From NCBI GenBank assembly GCA_951406725.2, contig OX597829.1, positions 16,430,001 to 16,494,000 of the forward strand: 64,000 nt of DNA, given 5' to 3'. This DNA is from Octopus vulgaris. Taxonomy: Eukaryota. Positions 14,095-27,641 of the stretch are shown here, piece by piece. Both the position numbers and the translations under genes were made by a program. Under the pieces are notes generated by a model. That model saw only the letters and a list, made by a program, of their open reading frames with translations, was not told the origin of the DNA and ran no database searches. Numbering within the stretch: the stretch's first letter is position 1; the number at the start of each line of letters is the position of its first letter.

Positions 14095-14753
14095 GTATTT
14101 ATGTATATGTATATATATATTTATATATACATTGAGAGAGAGAGGAGGGAGAGAAAGAGAGGCTACAACTGGTGAGATTGTTTCTTTATGTAGAAGAACA
14201 ATCTAGTTAACTTTGCACTGATTTATGAGGTGGTAATGGCCGAGGTTGTAGCGGTGGTGGTGTGATTAGTCCTTTGACTGTATTGGGTTTTTGGGACTTC
14301 ACCGAGAGACACTTCGACTACTCACTGCATATCCCAAACTTTCATCTGCCTTTATGTGAAGAGCTTTCTGATTGCTTTTCTCTCACAATAAAAGAATGTT
14401 TGGCTGGATCTCAACAATGAAAATGTAATGAAACATGTCAGTCTTGACAGGGTTGTTACTCTTCGCTGCTCACAACTTAATCTGTATGCCGTTTTAACAC
14501 AAAAATTTGACACTTGTATACCTTTGGAAGGGTTCGGGGGTTCTTTTGCAAGTGTTTGAGCTATGTTGTCTGGTCTGTGATGATAACTTCCTTACTTCCT
14601 TCCACTACCCTCAAAGTTCTTGAAAAGGATCAAGGACATTGGCATTTTTTTCTGTTTTCTCTAAAACTTTTAAAACACATACAAACTACCATACTGCATT
14701 ATTGTACTTTACCAACTGCATATTTCCATGTGTCTGAGTATAACCAGACATTG

Positions 14754-15064
14754 TGGAGGCACATGGCCTAGTGGTTAGAGCAGCAGACTCACAGTTGAGG
14801 GATCGCGGGTTTGAATCTCAGACCGGGCGATGTGTGTGTTTATGAGCATAAACACCTAAGCTCTACGCGGCTCCGGTAGAAGGTAATGACGAACTTCCGC
14901 TGACTCTTTCGCCACAACTTTCTCTCACTCTTTCCTCCTGCATCTTGCAGCTCACCTACGACGGACCAGCGTCCCTTCCAGGTGGGGAACCTATATGCCA
15001 AGAAACCGGGAAACCGGCCCTTATGAGCCAGGCATAGCTCGAGAAGGAACAAGCAACAAGCAAC
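14754..15064 (+). mobile_element. tRNA-derived SINE family E with 14-bp TSD
   Basis: TSD ATAACCAGACATTG at 14740-14753 and 15065-15078; A box TGGCCTAGTGG and B box GGTTTGAATC. Confidence 0.85.
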
Positions 15065-15354
15065 ATAACCAGACATTGCAAAAGTAACTAGACACCCCTC
15101 ATTACAAAGTTTTATCTGGGTGGACACTATCTGCTGCTTCAAACTTGATGTATTAGTATTTTTCATTTTAAATTGGACTATACCAATTGTTTTTAGTCTT
15201 GCTACAAACACCAGAAGCAAAAGAGTTGTCTGATTTTCCGAGGGTGAATCTGAGAGTGGGGGCTTAGCTTGTGTAAGACTGCACAAAACCTTGGGATTCT
15301 TCTTGCCTACAGTCAACAAAATGATTGTATAATCCACCAGCAAAAGAAAAGAAT

Positions 15355-15550
15355 CCTCATCTTGTTTAACAACGTTTCAGCTGATATACCCTCCAGCCTT
15401 CATCAGGTGTCTTGGGGAAATTTCAAACCTGGTACTTTTCGATGTTAATATTATTATTATTATTATCATTATTCAGGTCACTGCCTGGAATCGAACTCGG
15501 AATCTTGGGGTTAGTAGCCCACACGCTTAACCACTACGCCATATGTCCAT
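15355..15550 (-). mobile_element. Second copy of the tRNA-head/HHR-tail SINE
   Basis: Minus strand: A box TGGCGTAGTGG, B box GAGTTCGATTCC, (AAT)n, then ACACCTGATGAAGGCTG...CAGCTGAAACGTTG. Confidence 0.7.
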
Positions 15551-16116
15551 AGGCAATTATGGAGTGAATTTTAGGGATTGTAAATCTAATATTCTCCTAT
15601 CCTTCCTTAATACTGGTTCCCATATGAAATCTGTATTAATTCTGTAGCTTTATTAATAATGGTATATGGTTTATGCGTAAGGCCAACAAATTTGAGAAAA
15701 GGGATAAATCAATACCATTTACCCTGGTGTTCAACTGGTACTTATTTTATCAGCCCTGAAAAGATGAAAGGAAAAGTTGACCTTGGTGGAATTTGAACTT
15801 ACAACACAAAGATAGATGACCTGCTGCTAAGCATTTTATCTGGAGTGGTAATGATTTGGCCAGTATGCTGCTTCAGTGTATAATTATCAATATTCCTTTT
15901 TACTATAGACAAAAGGCCTGAAGTTTTGGGGTTGGGAGCTAGTTGACTACATCAATCCCAGTATTTGAGTGACATTTATTTCATGAACCCTTAAGGGTGA
16001 ACAGCAGATTTGACCTCAGTTGAATTTGAACTCAGAATGTAAAGACTGATGAAATGCTGCTAAGCATTTTGCCAGGTGAGGCTAACAATTCTGCCAGCTC
16101 ATCACCCTGAGTATAT

Positions 16117-16207
<91 letters not shown>

Positions 16208-16270
16208 TGATGATGATGATGATAACAACAACAACAACAATAATAATATTAGTAACAATAAATAATAATA

Positions 16271-16332
<62 letters not shown>

Positions 16333-16336
<4 letters not shown>

Positions 16337-17356
16337 GCCCTGATGCAGTACCAGGCAGTGGCTCTCATGGCTTCTGATCTTAACTGATTGGAAGTGTTAG
16401 CATGTACATTGCTTTGTCTTGGTATAAAAGATGGGCTACAGCAAATATTCTGCTCAATACCACAGATTTGCTTGTCAGTTGTTTGACCTTAACCAGTTGA
16501 GCATGTCCTTTAGTGGCTGACGATATGTGCATCTCTGATCACGAGCAGAAGTAGTGGGGGAGCATCATAGCCATGTGTTGAGAGGGATTCTTTGGGGTTT
16601 GAATAATTCACCTCTGGAAACATGGGTGGTTCTTTCAACATCCTTAAACAACCCTTATTCAGGGACCTTTTGAGCAGGATGGGCTACTCAACCTGAAGAA
16701 AATTCTAAATGGGCCCCACCTGCAAGGTCATGTGCTGTTTATCTTGATATGAGATCACCATGTCGCGCACATATGGTTGTGATGCATGTGCCTGGTGTAC
16801 CCTTATCAGACGCGTTGTCATGATGGGTATATTGGGCTTCATATATTTTACCCCAGTGTCACTTTGATGGCATGCACTGCTCTCTCACTCAATAATAATA
16901 ATAATAGCAAATATTCTGCTCAATACCACAGATTTGCTTGTCAGTTGTATGACCTTAACCAGTTGAGCATGTCCCTTAGTGGCTGACGATATGTGCGTCT
17001 CTGACCACGTGTAGAAATAGTGGAGGCGCATTATCGCCATGTGTTGAGGAGAATTCTTTGGGGTTTGAATAATTCATCTCTGGAAATATGGGTGTTTCAT
17101 TCAACATCTTTATACAACCCTTATTCAAGGACTTTTTGAGTGCAATGATCTATTTGACCTAAAGAAAATTTTAACTGGGACCCACCTGCAAAGTCATGCA
17201 TTGTTTATTTTGATATAAGGTCTCTATGTCGAGCACATATATTTGTGACGCATTTGCCTGGTGTACCCTTATCAGACGGGTAGTCATGATGGGTATACTA
17301 GGCTTCGTATATTTTATCCCAGTGTCACTTTAATGGCATGCACTGCTCTCTCACTC
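16333..17356 (+). mobile_element. Family D ~560-bp element embedded in (AAT)n: one full and one 5'-truncated tandem copy
   Basis: Copies at 16333-16890 and 16906-17356, both ending CTCTCTCACTC(AAT)n. Strand is inferred from the truncation. Confidence 0.78.
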
Positions 17357-17368
17357 AATAATAATAAT

Positions 17369-17407
<39 letters not shown>

Positions 17408-18144
17408 AATGATAATGATGATGATAATAATAGTAATGATATTTTATTTTATTTGTTTCATTTTTCTTTTAATCAGTCTATCTTTTCATGCTTAAATAAA
17501 GATTTTTGTTTCCTTAATTGCATAAAAAGTAATTTTCTAAATAAAATTAAAATAAAAAAAAGAATTTTTATAATAATAATGATTTCAAATTTTGGCACAA
17601 GGCCAGTCATTTTGGTGGAAGGAATTAGGTATCTTTGGAACATCCTTTAGGTGAGATAGCAAAACAAACTTACAAAGAAAGCCTTGTAGAAAGAGGTGCA
17701 GCAGAACCTATGCAGATCAATGGGAAGACATGAAGTTAGCTGGGAAACCTGTTTCCAATGTTACAAAGTAAGTGAAGGAAGATGAAAGCACAGCAGACCA
17801 AAAACACATGGCGTTAGAAAAACGTATGACTATGAGAATGACAGCTTAAATCTTTTGTTAGTCTCTCAGAGATACAGGTTGATTTTTTTTTTTTTTTTTT
17901 TTCTAGGTAACAAAAAAAAAGAAAAAAAGGCTAAATGATAAAAGGATTTAAGCAGAAATTTAACTTCTTCAGGAAAATTCAAAAACCAGAGCTTCACTGA
18001 CAGTGGCAAACAAAAGAGACAATGAAGCCCTTGGAGTTCCAAGATGTAACTGAAGATGTAGATTCTGTCAATTTCTGTGAAAGACATCCTACATGTGAGT
18101 AGTACTTGCTCTTGCTAATTCAGGCATGTACTTTTATATAAAGG

Positions 18145-18690
18145 TACTTCTGTAGCACAGTAGATCCTGCTTCGAATTTGTCAAGTTAGGAATTGTGTGG
18201 AGCATATTTATAGGATCGAAGATTTATGTGTTGGTGTTATGATTTCTCTGTTGGTTATGGTTGTCATGGAAGAAGGCTTTCTACTGCATTCTTCGGATGA
18301 GGTCCTTAGTTTTGGTGAGCAGGAGTAAGAGGAAAGTTTTTTGTGAAGGAATAGGTATGTCCTTAAGAGAGAATTCAAGGAATTGTTTATCCATTATAAA
18401 AAGTGCTACCTGTAATAAGTCCTTGTATTAGTAAGGAAGTAAAGGTATGAGAGGTATTGGCATCCAGAAGACCCAAGGTGGCAGGTAAAGCTATGTAAAT
18501 GCTATGGAAGGACCATAGTTAAACTCTTGGTTCTATAATGATATGAGTCTAATGTGGGTCTTGCATGAGCATGTATATGTTAAATAAAATGAGACAAGAA
18601 AACCAAGGCTGTGTGGAATTTTCAGGACATTTATAAAGAGAAATTTAGTCTTACAGCTGTTTCTGGGATATTAAGGATATCCCTTCATAT
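18145..18690 (-). mobile_element. Naiad-like PLE 5' end: HHR remnant plus ORF start
   Basis: ATG at 18394: MDKQFLEFSLKDIPIPSQK..LIRRMQ*KAFF..LDKFE. Upstream lies a half HHR, GGGATAT..ATATCCC A GAAACAGCTGTA, at about 18647-18689. Confidence 0.72.
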
Positions 18691-18710
18691 ATGTATATAT
18701 ATATATGTAT

Positions 18711-18772
<62 letters not shown>

Positions 18773-18778
18773 GTATAG

Positions 18779-18814
<36 letters not shown>

Positions 18815-19125
18815 ATGTTTGTCCCTCCACCATCACTTAACAACCAATGTTGGTGAATTTATATTTTCATAACTTAGCGGTTTGGCAATAGAGACTGATA
18901 GAATATGTATAAGACTTACAAAGATAAGTCCTGGGGTTGATTTGTTTGACTAAAGGTGGTTCTCCAGCATGGCCACAGTCAAATGACTGAAACAAGTAAA
19001 AGAATTGAAGAAGAAAAGAATACAATATATATACAGAGAGAGAGAGAGAGACAGACAGAGAGAAAGAAGGAAAGAGGCGGATGTTAAACAATGATGATGA
19101 TGATGATATATGTGTGTGTGTGTAC

Positions 19126-19158
<33 letters not shown>

Positions 19159-19559
19159 CCCACAAAGGGCTAAACACAGAGGGGACAAACAAGGACAGAC
19201 AGCTGGATTAAGTCGATTACATCGACTCCAGTGCGTAACTGGTATTTAATTTATTGACCCCCGAAAGGATGAAAGGCAAAGTCGACCTCGGCGGAAATTG
19301 AACCCAGAACGTAACAGCAGACGAGATACCTATTTCTTTACTACCCACAAGGGGCTAAACACAGAGGGGACAAACAAGGACAGACAAACGGATTAAGTCG
19401 ATTATATCGAACTCCAGTGCGTAACTGGTACTTAATTTATCAACCCCGAAAGGTTGAAAGGCAAAGTCGACCTCGGCGGAATTTGATCTCAGAACTTAGC
19501 AGCAGACGAAATACTGCTTAGCATTTCGCCCGGCGTGCTAACGTTTCTGCCAGGGAAAA

Positions 19560-21158
19560 CAATACCACCATCAACAACAACAACAAATACACCTCTGGAA
19601 TATATGGTGCAGTACAGCTAGCTACAGATGAAATGCTTGCTTTAGAGTTACCACCAAAATTCGCTACATATAAAAAGGTAAGAAAAATTGATTGTCTGTC
19701 TGAAATTGAAAAAAACACCTTCTTATAATTAAGATGGAGGTTAGGACAATACAACAACAACAACAACACAAACATACGAAACCAAAACAACAATAACAAT
19801 AGCGGTGTTGATGACAACAATAGTGGCAATAACAACAATAATAACGACAACCACAACATTCCACACTCAGACAACTATAACAACAACAGCAACAGCAACA
19901 CAAGTGTACGAAACAGAAACAACTATTATAATAACAACAACATTAACGATGACAACAGCAACAATAACAACAACAACATCCCACACACAGATAACGATGA
20001 CAACCACATCATTCACACCACTACCAACAACGCCACCCATAACAATAACAATAGGCACAACACGAGCTCTACCACCACTACCGCCATTGCCACTACCAAC
20101 AACAACAACAACAACAATACCATCAACTATAACAACAACCACAACGATAATAACACTCTACACTCTGTCTTCTATAACCCTAACAACAAATCTTATGACA
20201 TGACGAGGTTCTATCCCCCACAGACTTACCCTTTAACAAAAGGTTATGTGTCCCACCCCAAATTGACAGTGAAACAGAAGCAAAGATCTCCTTAGCTAGA
20301 AATAGACTCCGACATATCTTAGACCGATACAACAAATCCACTAAGAAACATAGTGAGGAGGGGACCCACCAACTCAGCTCATCTGTTGACAAAGGCCTAC
20401 AAAAACTAAAACAGCGGATTAGGAACAGAGAATTAGTGTGCCTCCTTATGGACAAGTCTGGCAGACTGTCAGTAGACAGCCCACAGTAGTCAGCTCACAG
20501 AACTATGTCCAGACCATGCAACAACATATCAGTAGCATGAGAGAAGTTACACCACAGGAACATGAAAGAGTGGAAAAATCCCTCAATGCACACATGGGAA
20601 TGTGGTGCAACATACTCCAACCTATAAAAAGGACGGCACACAATTTCCAGGCATCCAACAATGATGTTCCTCCATTATACGGGTTACGCAAAGACCACAA
20701 ACCCTACGTAAACCCCATCACAGGGCCCCCAACCAGACCTGTTTGTGGAGCAAACATCTCCAGCAACTACTTCCTCTCACAGGTATTGCAACCTCTAAAA
20801 GAGATGTCTCCAGATGTCTGTATGAGTACAGAAGATGTCTCCAGATGTCTGTATGAGTACGGAAGATCTCCTCAGTAAAATAAGTACTTGCAACCACACC
20901 AACGACCTCACAGGTTGTATAGTGGGTAGTATGGATGTAATTTCACTCTACCAATCTATAGACATAGATTTTGCTGTGGAGAAATGCATTCAAGCAATCT
21001 GTGAAAGTGAAGTGGAATTCCGTAAGGTCAACACTAGGGAACTGGGCCTCCTCCTCAGACTATGCTATGACAATAACTATTTCGATGACCATGACCTTAG
21101 TAAATTCTGCCCCACCAGGTTACAGATGGGAAGACCACCCACCATCACTGAGGCCGCG
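19560..21158 (+). pseudogene. Penelope-like reverse transcriptase, N-terminal half
   Basis: LELPPKFA..EIEK..LRWR; TDLPFNKR; DKSGRL; PPLYGLRKDHK; PTRPVCGA; STEDLL; GSMDVISLYQSI. Contains a Thr-rich (ACA)n expansion and a 31-bp tandem duplication that shifts the frame. Confidence 0.85.
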
Positions 21159-21207
21159 TGACAGTGGCACATAAAAGCACCCATCAGAATGGAGTGTAGA
21201 CTACATC

Positions 21208-21717
21208 TACAAGACTAAGAAGTTTTGAGGCTTTTCCAGGAAATACATTTATAAATTTCAAAGATGTACAAGACTCTCATCTGACTTTAAATGCTTGTTG
21301 TACTCCAACCACTTTGCAAAGGCCCTATGGAAGTCCTCGAATGTGTAGGTGTCCAGGATCCTTGTCACAGCCTTCATCTTCTCAATGTCTTCAAAACAAC
21401 TACCCCTGAGGTTCCCCTTCAGCTTGTGGTACAACCAAAAGTCACAGGGGAAAGATCTGGACTGTCGAGAGAGTGGAAACCTTTGATGCCCATCTCATTG
21501 AAGTCATATATATTACCAGGATAAAATTGTGGCAAACAGTGTTTAGTAGGTTGTGTTCAAAGTGCTGTTTCAGTCATCTCCTTCAAAATGGAATAGCAAA
21601 AGTTTTCAGCTCAGCTAATTAGATGCATAGTAATAATATGCTAAAATTAAAATAATCTCAGAATCTTATAACTACATCTCCTAAAAACGTTTCAAAACTT
21701 CTGGAATGCCCCTTGTA
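21208..21717 (-). mobile_element. Internally deleted mariner with decayed TIRs
   Basis: Minus strand encodes SPDL.PCDFWL..KLKGNLRG..FEDIE..FEDFHRAFAKW. The right end reads TACAAGGGGCATTCCAGAAGTTTTGA on the minus strand. Confidence 0.7.
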
Positions 21718-23488
21718 GCTATCAAACTAAGAGAATCTGATTCCCAAACCAAAACCTTGCCATAGTGGTGGGTGTGAGAGGATTTTGGGGCAAATCTGAA
21801 TATGATCTTATGAAACAGTTCTCAATATCTGTAAGAAAGAGAGCCTGAGCTCTTAAGATAATGACAGAAGCAACTGAGAAGTGTTCCATCTGGATCCGAT
21901 CAAAGAGGATTGAAAATGAATTCCTAAGAGTGTCATTTAGCATACAATCAACTGGTGTCTTTGAATGAACTAGTAACAACACCCAAGATACATTTGATCT
22001 GGGACACTTTAACTGCTCATGGTTTCTATGGCATGGTTTCTATGGATGCCCTTCATAATACCCATAAATTTATAGTGTGTACTGGGTGCTTTTTACTAGG
22101 CGATGGCATGGGTGCTTTTTACATGGTGTTGGCACAGTTTCTTCCCTAACCCCACCTCTCAACCTGGCTCGTTCCCCTGCTCCTGTCTATGCTGCTGCAC
22201 TTGCCCCTACAGTGTAGACAATGGCACAGAATGTGAAAGCAAAGTGGTACCCATGATTAATGACCTGAATGTGGCTTGGCTCTCTTAGAATGTAAGGAGT
22301 TAAAGGCTGAACCATTTGCATGAGAAGGGCTCCTTCTCTGAAGTCACTCTGTGGATCAGCTCTCTTTAGAGTTTTTTTTAATAACGAGAAGCAAACTTCT
22401 TAACCACAAAACTATGGCTATGTCCACACAAACACACATATTGTTGAGCCCAAGTGATAATCTGCAAGCTGTTGGTGCCTCATTTGGTTAATTAATGCCT
22501 TATCAATTGGGTCATCCGAGATTTTCATATCTTGAATTAGTTAACCTATAAAACATAACTGACAAATATTCACATATTTCAGCTTGATCTGGTTTGTGAT
22601 CTTGGGTTTGGGGACTGTGACCTGGAGTTTGTGGTTATAAGACATTAGACAGTAGCAATGTTGTCTAGCTTTGAGTAACCAAGCAACATTGTGATTTTAA
22701 GTTATGTGACCATCTAGCTGGTATTCTTCAGATGAAATATATTAAACTCAAATTCTATAAGGGAGGCTATGCATCCCGTTCTCCTGAAATGTAGATATAC
22801 ATATGTATACATGCATGTATATGTATGTATATATATATATAAATTAGAAAAAAACACCTTTTATCAATTCAAAATGAACAATTAAATTAAACCATCTAGA
22901 AAATTACATATATTAGAAATATAAAAATTAAAATAACAATAATATACTGATGATTAAGTAAATTGCAAAAAAAAAATTAAAATGTATATAATTGGTAGAC
23001 ATGTATATAATTGGTAGACATGTGTTTCGTGGCTATTTAAGGTGGTTTTTTTTCTAATTTTTATATATATATATTCTATTGTGTGAAATTTGATTTAATA
23101 TTTCTAAATTGAATTTTTCCCTGTAAGTTAGGATTAATATTCCCTCAAATAATTATTATATATACATATATATATATCCTGATGGAAAACATTTGAACGA
23201 GATCATTGCCAGTGCTGCTGGACTGGCTCCTGTGCAGGTGGCACAAAAAAAGCACCCTTTGAGCGTGGCTGCTGCCAGTACTGTCTGACTGACCTTCGTG
23301 CCAGTGGCACATAAAAACACCCATCACACTCCTAGAGTAGCTGGCGTTAGGAAGGGCATCATGCCATAGAAATTCTGCCAGATCAGATTGGAGTCTGGTG
23401 CAGCCATCTGGTTCGCCAGACCTCAGTCAAATCGTCCAACCCATTCTAGCATGGAAAGCGGACGTTAAACGGTGATGATATATTTATG

Positions 23489-23541
<53 letters not shown>

Positions 23542-23721
23542 ATCATTATCATTTAATGTGTGTTTTCCGTTCTGTCATTTGTTGGATGGTTTGACAGGGG
23601 AGCTGGCAAGCTGGACAGCTGCACCAGGCTCCAATTGTCTATTTTGGCATGGTTTCTATGGATGCCCTTCATAATACCCACAAATTTATAGTGTGTACTG
23701 GGTGCTTTTTACATGGTGTCA

Positions 23722-24832
23722 GTTTCTTCCCTAACCCCACCTCCCAGCCTGGCTCGTTCCCCTGCTCCTGTCCATGCTGCTGCACTTGCCCCTACTTCTT
23801 CAACACCACCGTCCTGACAGCAGCCATCATCATCCCGATCATATCACTGACTCCTTTACTTGCACTTCTAGCAATGTCATTTACTGTATCTCCTGCTTAT
23901 TCTGCCCTTCTCTGTACATAGGTCAAACAAGACGCCATTTGGCTGACCAGTTCATGGAGCCCTTCCAAGACTTGGCAATGACACCCCGATCTCATGCCAT
24001 TTCTGCTCTACTGGTCATTCACTACAATATCTGTGTTCAGATTGTCTTTGCAGAGGGGCCATCCAGACTCCTGCCTTCACTGTGAACAAGAACTAATCTT
24101 CTCTCTTCGCTCCTTTGCACCATATGAGCTCAACTCCCCTCCTCTCTTCATCTGACTCCCCTCCTCTCTTCATCTGATACCTACTTCCTTTCTTTACTCC
24201 TACACACCTCTCCTCTCTGTCACCCACTTCCTCTCTTCACTTCTACCCACCTTCTCTCTTCATTGATACCCCCTCCACCCACACCCCATTCCCATATACC
24301 CTACCCCCACCCAATACCCACACCCCACACCCACACCCCATTCCCATATACCCTACACCCACACCTCACACCATAGCACCCCACACCACTCCCCACACAC
24401 TAGCACTGACCACTTCCCAGCACCCACACCATACACCATCATCTGCACACCCACAACCCATCATCCACACACCTACGCATTACAGACACGAACACTTACG
24501 CACACATCCACATGTCAAAGTCACTAGCCCCTATTCACATGCACACACACACATATGCAGACCTTCGTTTTGGGATCACCGATACTTTATTATCTCCTCT
24601 TATTTCTACCTCACCTGTCAAACTTTTTTCCCGACCAATTGCCATGTTTGATTGCTAAATCCACAATTTTTTTACTCTGTTTATTTTCTCTTATTCCTTT
24701 CTGTTGAAAGGCATAAGCTTGAAACATAAAAGACTTTCTCATTTTCGCTAGCGTCAAACTAATACACCTGCTTGTAATTTTGTAATTCATACACCTGTCT
24801 TCATCTTTTGTTTTGCAGTAAATTTCTTCTAC
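23722..24832 (+). mobile_element. Neptune-like PLE 3' fragment (GIY-YIG plus pLTR)
   Basis: PGSFPCSCPCCCTCPY; FTCTSSNVIYCISCLFCPSLYIGQTRRHLADQF; EQELIFSLRSFAPYELN. C-rich UTR and an HHR-like motif at about 24698-24733. Confidence 0.85.
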
Positions 24833-24865
<33 letters not shown>

Positions 24866-25496
24866 TATATACATTGCCAGCTTTCAAAAAATCCTTAAAA
24901 AGGCATGTAACATCACTGGCTGATTTTATTTGGAAGTTGTAATATGACCATCCAGTTCGAGAAAGAATAAAAGTGAAAAATATTGTAGAAATGCAAAAAA
25001 ATTCAAATATGAACGTGGAAAACTTTCGTTCCAGTTTAGATAAAATGACGTAATCAGCTTTCGCTGTCGTCACTGCTTAGAGGAAAAAAGACAATAGGTG
25101 AAAGGAAGATTAATAATTTAACAAGTATTATCGTGCTTGTGCATATACACACATGCATACATTTACATACATGCATACACTTACATATACACATACATAC
25201 ATATACATACATATATATATACACACATACATATACATGTATACATATACATAGATATATGTATACAAATATACATATTTGAACATACATATATATACAA
25301 AAAATCCTATATTTAGGTACATATATGCATATACACATACATATACATACATTGATATATATAAATATGCATATCGATACATACTTAAACCCATATACAC
25401 ACATAATGCAAAACGAAGCACACATACACTCACTCATTTTATGCATACTTATATATATATATATATATATATACATATATACATATATACATACAT

Positions 25497-26006
25497 CAAA
25501 TCAAACCAAATCAAAATAGATGAACATCAATGGAATTTGTATCTTTGTGGTACCAGTGCCAGTGGCACATAAGAAAAACCATCCGAACGTGGCCGTAGCC
25601 AGTACCGCATCAACTGGCCTCCGTGCTGTGGGCACGTAACAAACACTATCCGATCGTGGCCGTTCGCCAGCCTCGTCTGGCACCTGTGTCGGTGACACAT
25701 AAAAAAACACCATCCAAGCATGGCCGTTCGCCAGCCTCGTCTGGCACCTGTGTCGGTGGCACATAAAAAACACCATCCGAGCGTGGCCGTCTGCTAGCCT
25801 CGTCTGGCACTGTGTCGGTGGCACATAAAATCACCCATGACACTCTCGGAGTGGTTGGCGTTAGGAAGGGCATCCAGCTGTAGAAACACTGCCAGATCTG
25901 ACTGGCCTGGTGCAGCCTTCGGGCTCCCCAGACCCCAGTTGAACCGTCCAACCCATGCTAGCATGGAAAGCGGACGTTAAACGATGATGATGATGATGAT
26001 GATGAT
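25497..26006 (+). mobile_element. Family A RTE 3' end, same subfamily as 10665-11610
   Basis: Near reverse complement of 10665-11285 with fewer units, ending in a (GAT)n tail. Confidence 0.85.
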
Positions 26007-26492
26007 ATCTATGTATATTAACATATTTATATATATATATATGCATACACAAACGTAAACTCATATATACATATATAGATACATATGTCTATATATATAT
26101 ATATATACACCTAGATTGTAAAGTTATATGTCTAAGTACATGATATTCTGAGACTGTTCTTTTTAAGTCAGGTAGATACATCCGAGGTGTGGGCGTTAGG
26201 TTTACATTAGTTAGGTATGGTTAAGATTGTAATTTGTGCATGTGTGTTTAGCTGCATGTAATTGTTCCGTAAATCTATTTATAATGTGCCCATTTGTTAA
26301 CAATCTTGAGAACATGGCTGACATTTCTGGGATAACGTGTTGTAGAGACTTGCATGTCTGATTATAAGCCAGGTCAGGTCATATATTGACTTCGTATCCT
26401 TGAGCCTCCATATAAATTGAGCCAGTGATGTTACATGCCTTTTAAAGATTTTTCAAAAGTGGGCAATGTGATTATGATATTGATTTTTGAAA

Positions 26493-26525
<33 letters not shown>

Positions 26526-26530
26526 TACGT

Positions 26531-26819
26531 ATCACCATGATCACCATGACCAACCAGGCTATCAGATGTTGCTACACATCGCTGGTCACAATGTGCTTCG
26601 CATTGTTTTAGCCTTCAAATGAGCAGGCCAACAGAAGAAAGAGCGAGAGAAAGTTGTGGCAAAAGAGTACAGCAGGGATGCCACCACCCCCTGCCAAAGC
26701 CTTGTGGAGCTTTAGGTGTTTTCGCTCAATAAACACTCACAACGCTCAGTCTGAGAATCGAAACCACGATCCTACAACCGTGAGTCCACTGCCCTAACCA
26801 CTGGGTCATTGCGCCTCCA
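26531..26819 (-). mobile_element. tRNA-derived SINE with a family E head and a different tail
   Basis: GGAGGCGCAATGACCCAGTGGTTAGGGC...AAACACCTAAAGCTC...GCCACAACTTTCTCTC is shared with the 14754 copy; it ends in (ATGGTGATC)n. Confidence 0.75.
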
Positions 26820-26859
26820 TACATACATATATATATGCATATATATATAATGTATACAA

Positions 26860-26903
<44 letters not shown>

Positions 26904-26916
26904 ATATATATGTATA

Positions 26917-26948
<32 letters not shown>

Positions 26949-27124
26949 CATATGTATATAAAACACACTCCTTAAATTGGTTGGCATTAGGAAGAGTATC
27001 CAGTTGTATAAACCATGCCAAATCAGACAGTAGAAATTTGGTGATCTTTTGACTTGATAGCTCCAGTGAAACTTTCCAACCCATACCAGCATGGAAGGAG
27101 GATGTTAAATAACAATGATGATGG

Positions 27125-27159
<35 letters not shown>

Positions 27160-27339
27160 TTGATGACAGTGATGATAATGATAATGAAGATACATATATA
27201 CATATGCATATATACATATATTATACCTATGTATATATTTATATATGTGTGTGTGTATGTATAATGTACTGTTCCATGATAGTTACATTAAGAAAAAAGT
27301 ATTCTCTTTGGTGCAATATATATATATATATGTATATAT

Positions 27340-27586
27340 AGTTCAAATTTACAGAAAACAAAAGACAAATACAGGTGTAAGAACAACAAACAGGTGTATT
27401 AGTTTAATGCTCAGGAAGAATGGATAGGTCTTTTACAGTTTGAGCCTAAGCTCTTCAAAAGAAAAGATGAAGAGAGGAAAAAATGGACAGAGAGAATGAA
27501 AAAAACAGAGACAGAAAAAATGTGCAGTGTTCAACAGTCCAACATGGCAAGATGACTGGGAAAAAAAGAGGCTTAATGGAAGGGAG

Positions 27587-27641
<55 letters not shown>

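Noticed and set aside
14754-14830. tRNA genes
   Set aside because: The A/B-box heads lack a full cloverleaf and continue into SINE bodies with TSDs.
14160-15345. Unique-looking sequence and a 167-aa minus-strand ORF
   Set aside because: The ORF runs through an antisense SINE and shows no recognisable domain.
17651-17767. Possible exon (tttag...gtaagt)
   Set aside because: All three frames contain stops and I recognise no homology. A non-coding exon cannot be excluded.
18044-18094. Degenerate HHR-like motif
   Set aside because: It has mismatches in stem III and at the base of stem I, and only one copy is present.
19805-20203. Mucin-like Thr-rich ORF
   Set aside because: It is an (ACA)n low-complexity expansion inside a PLE relic.
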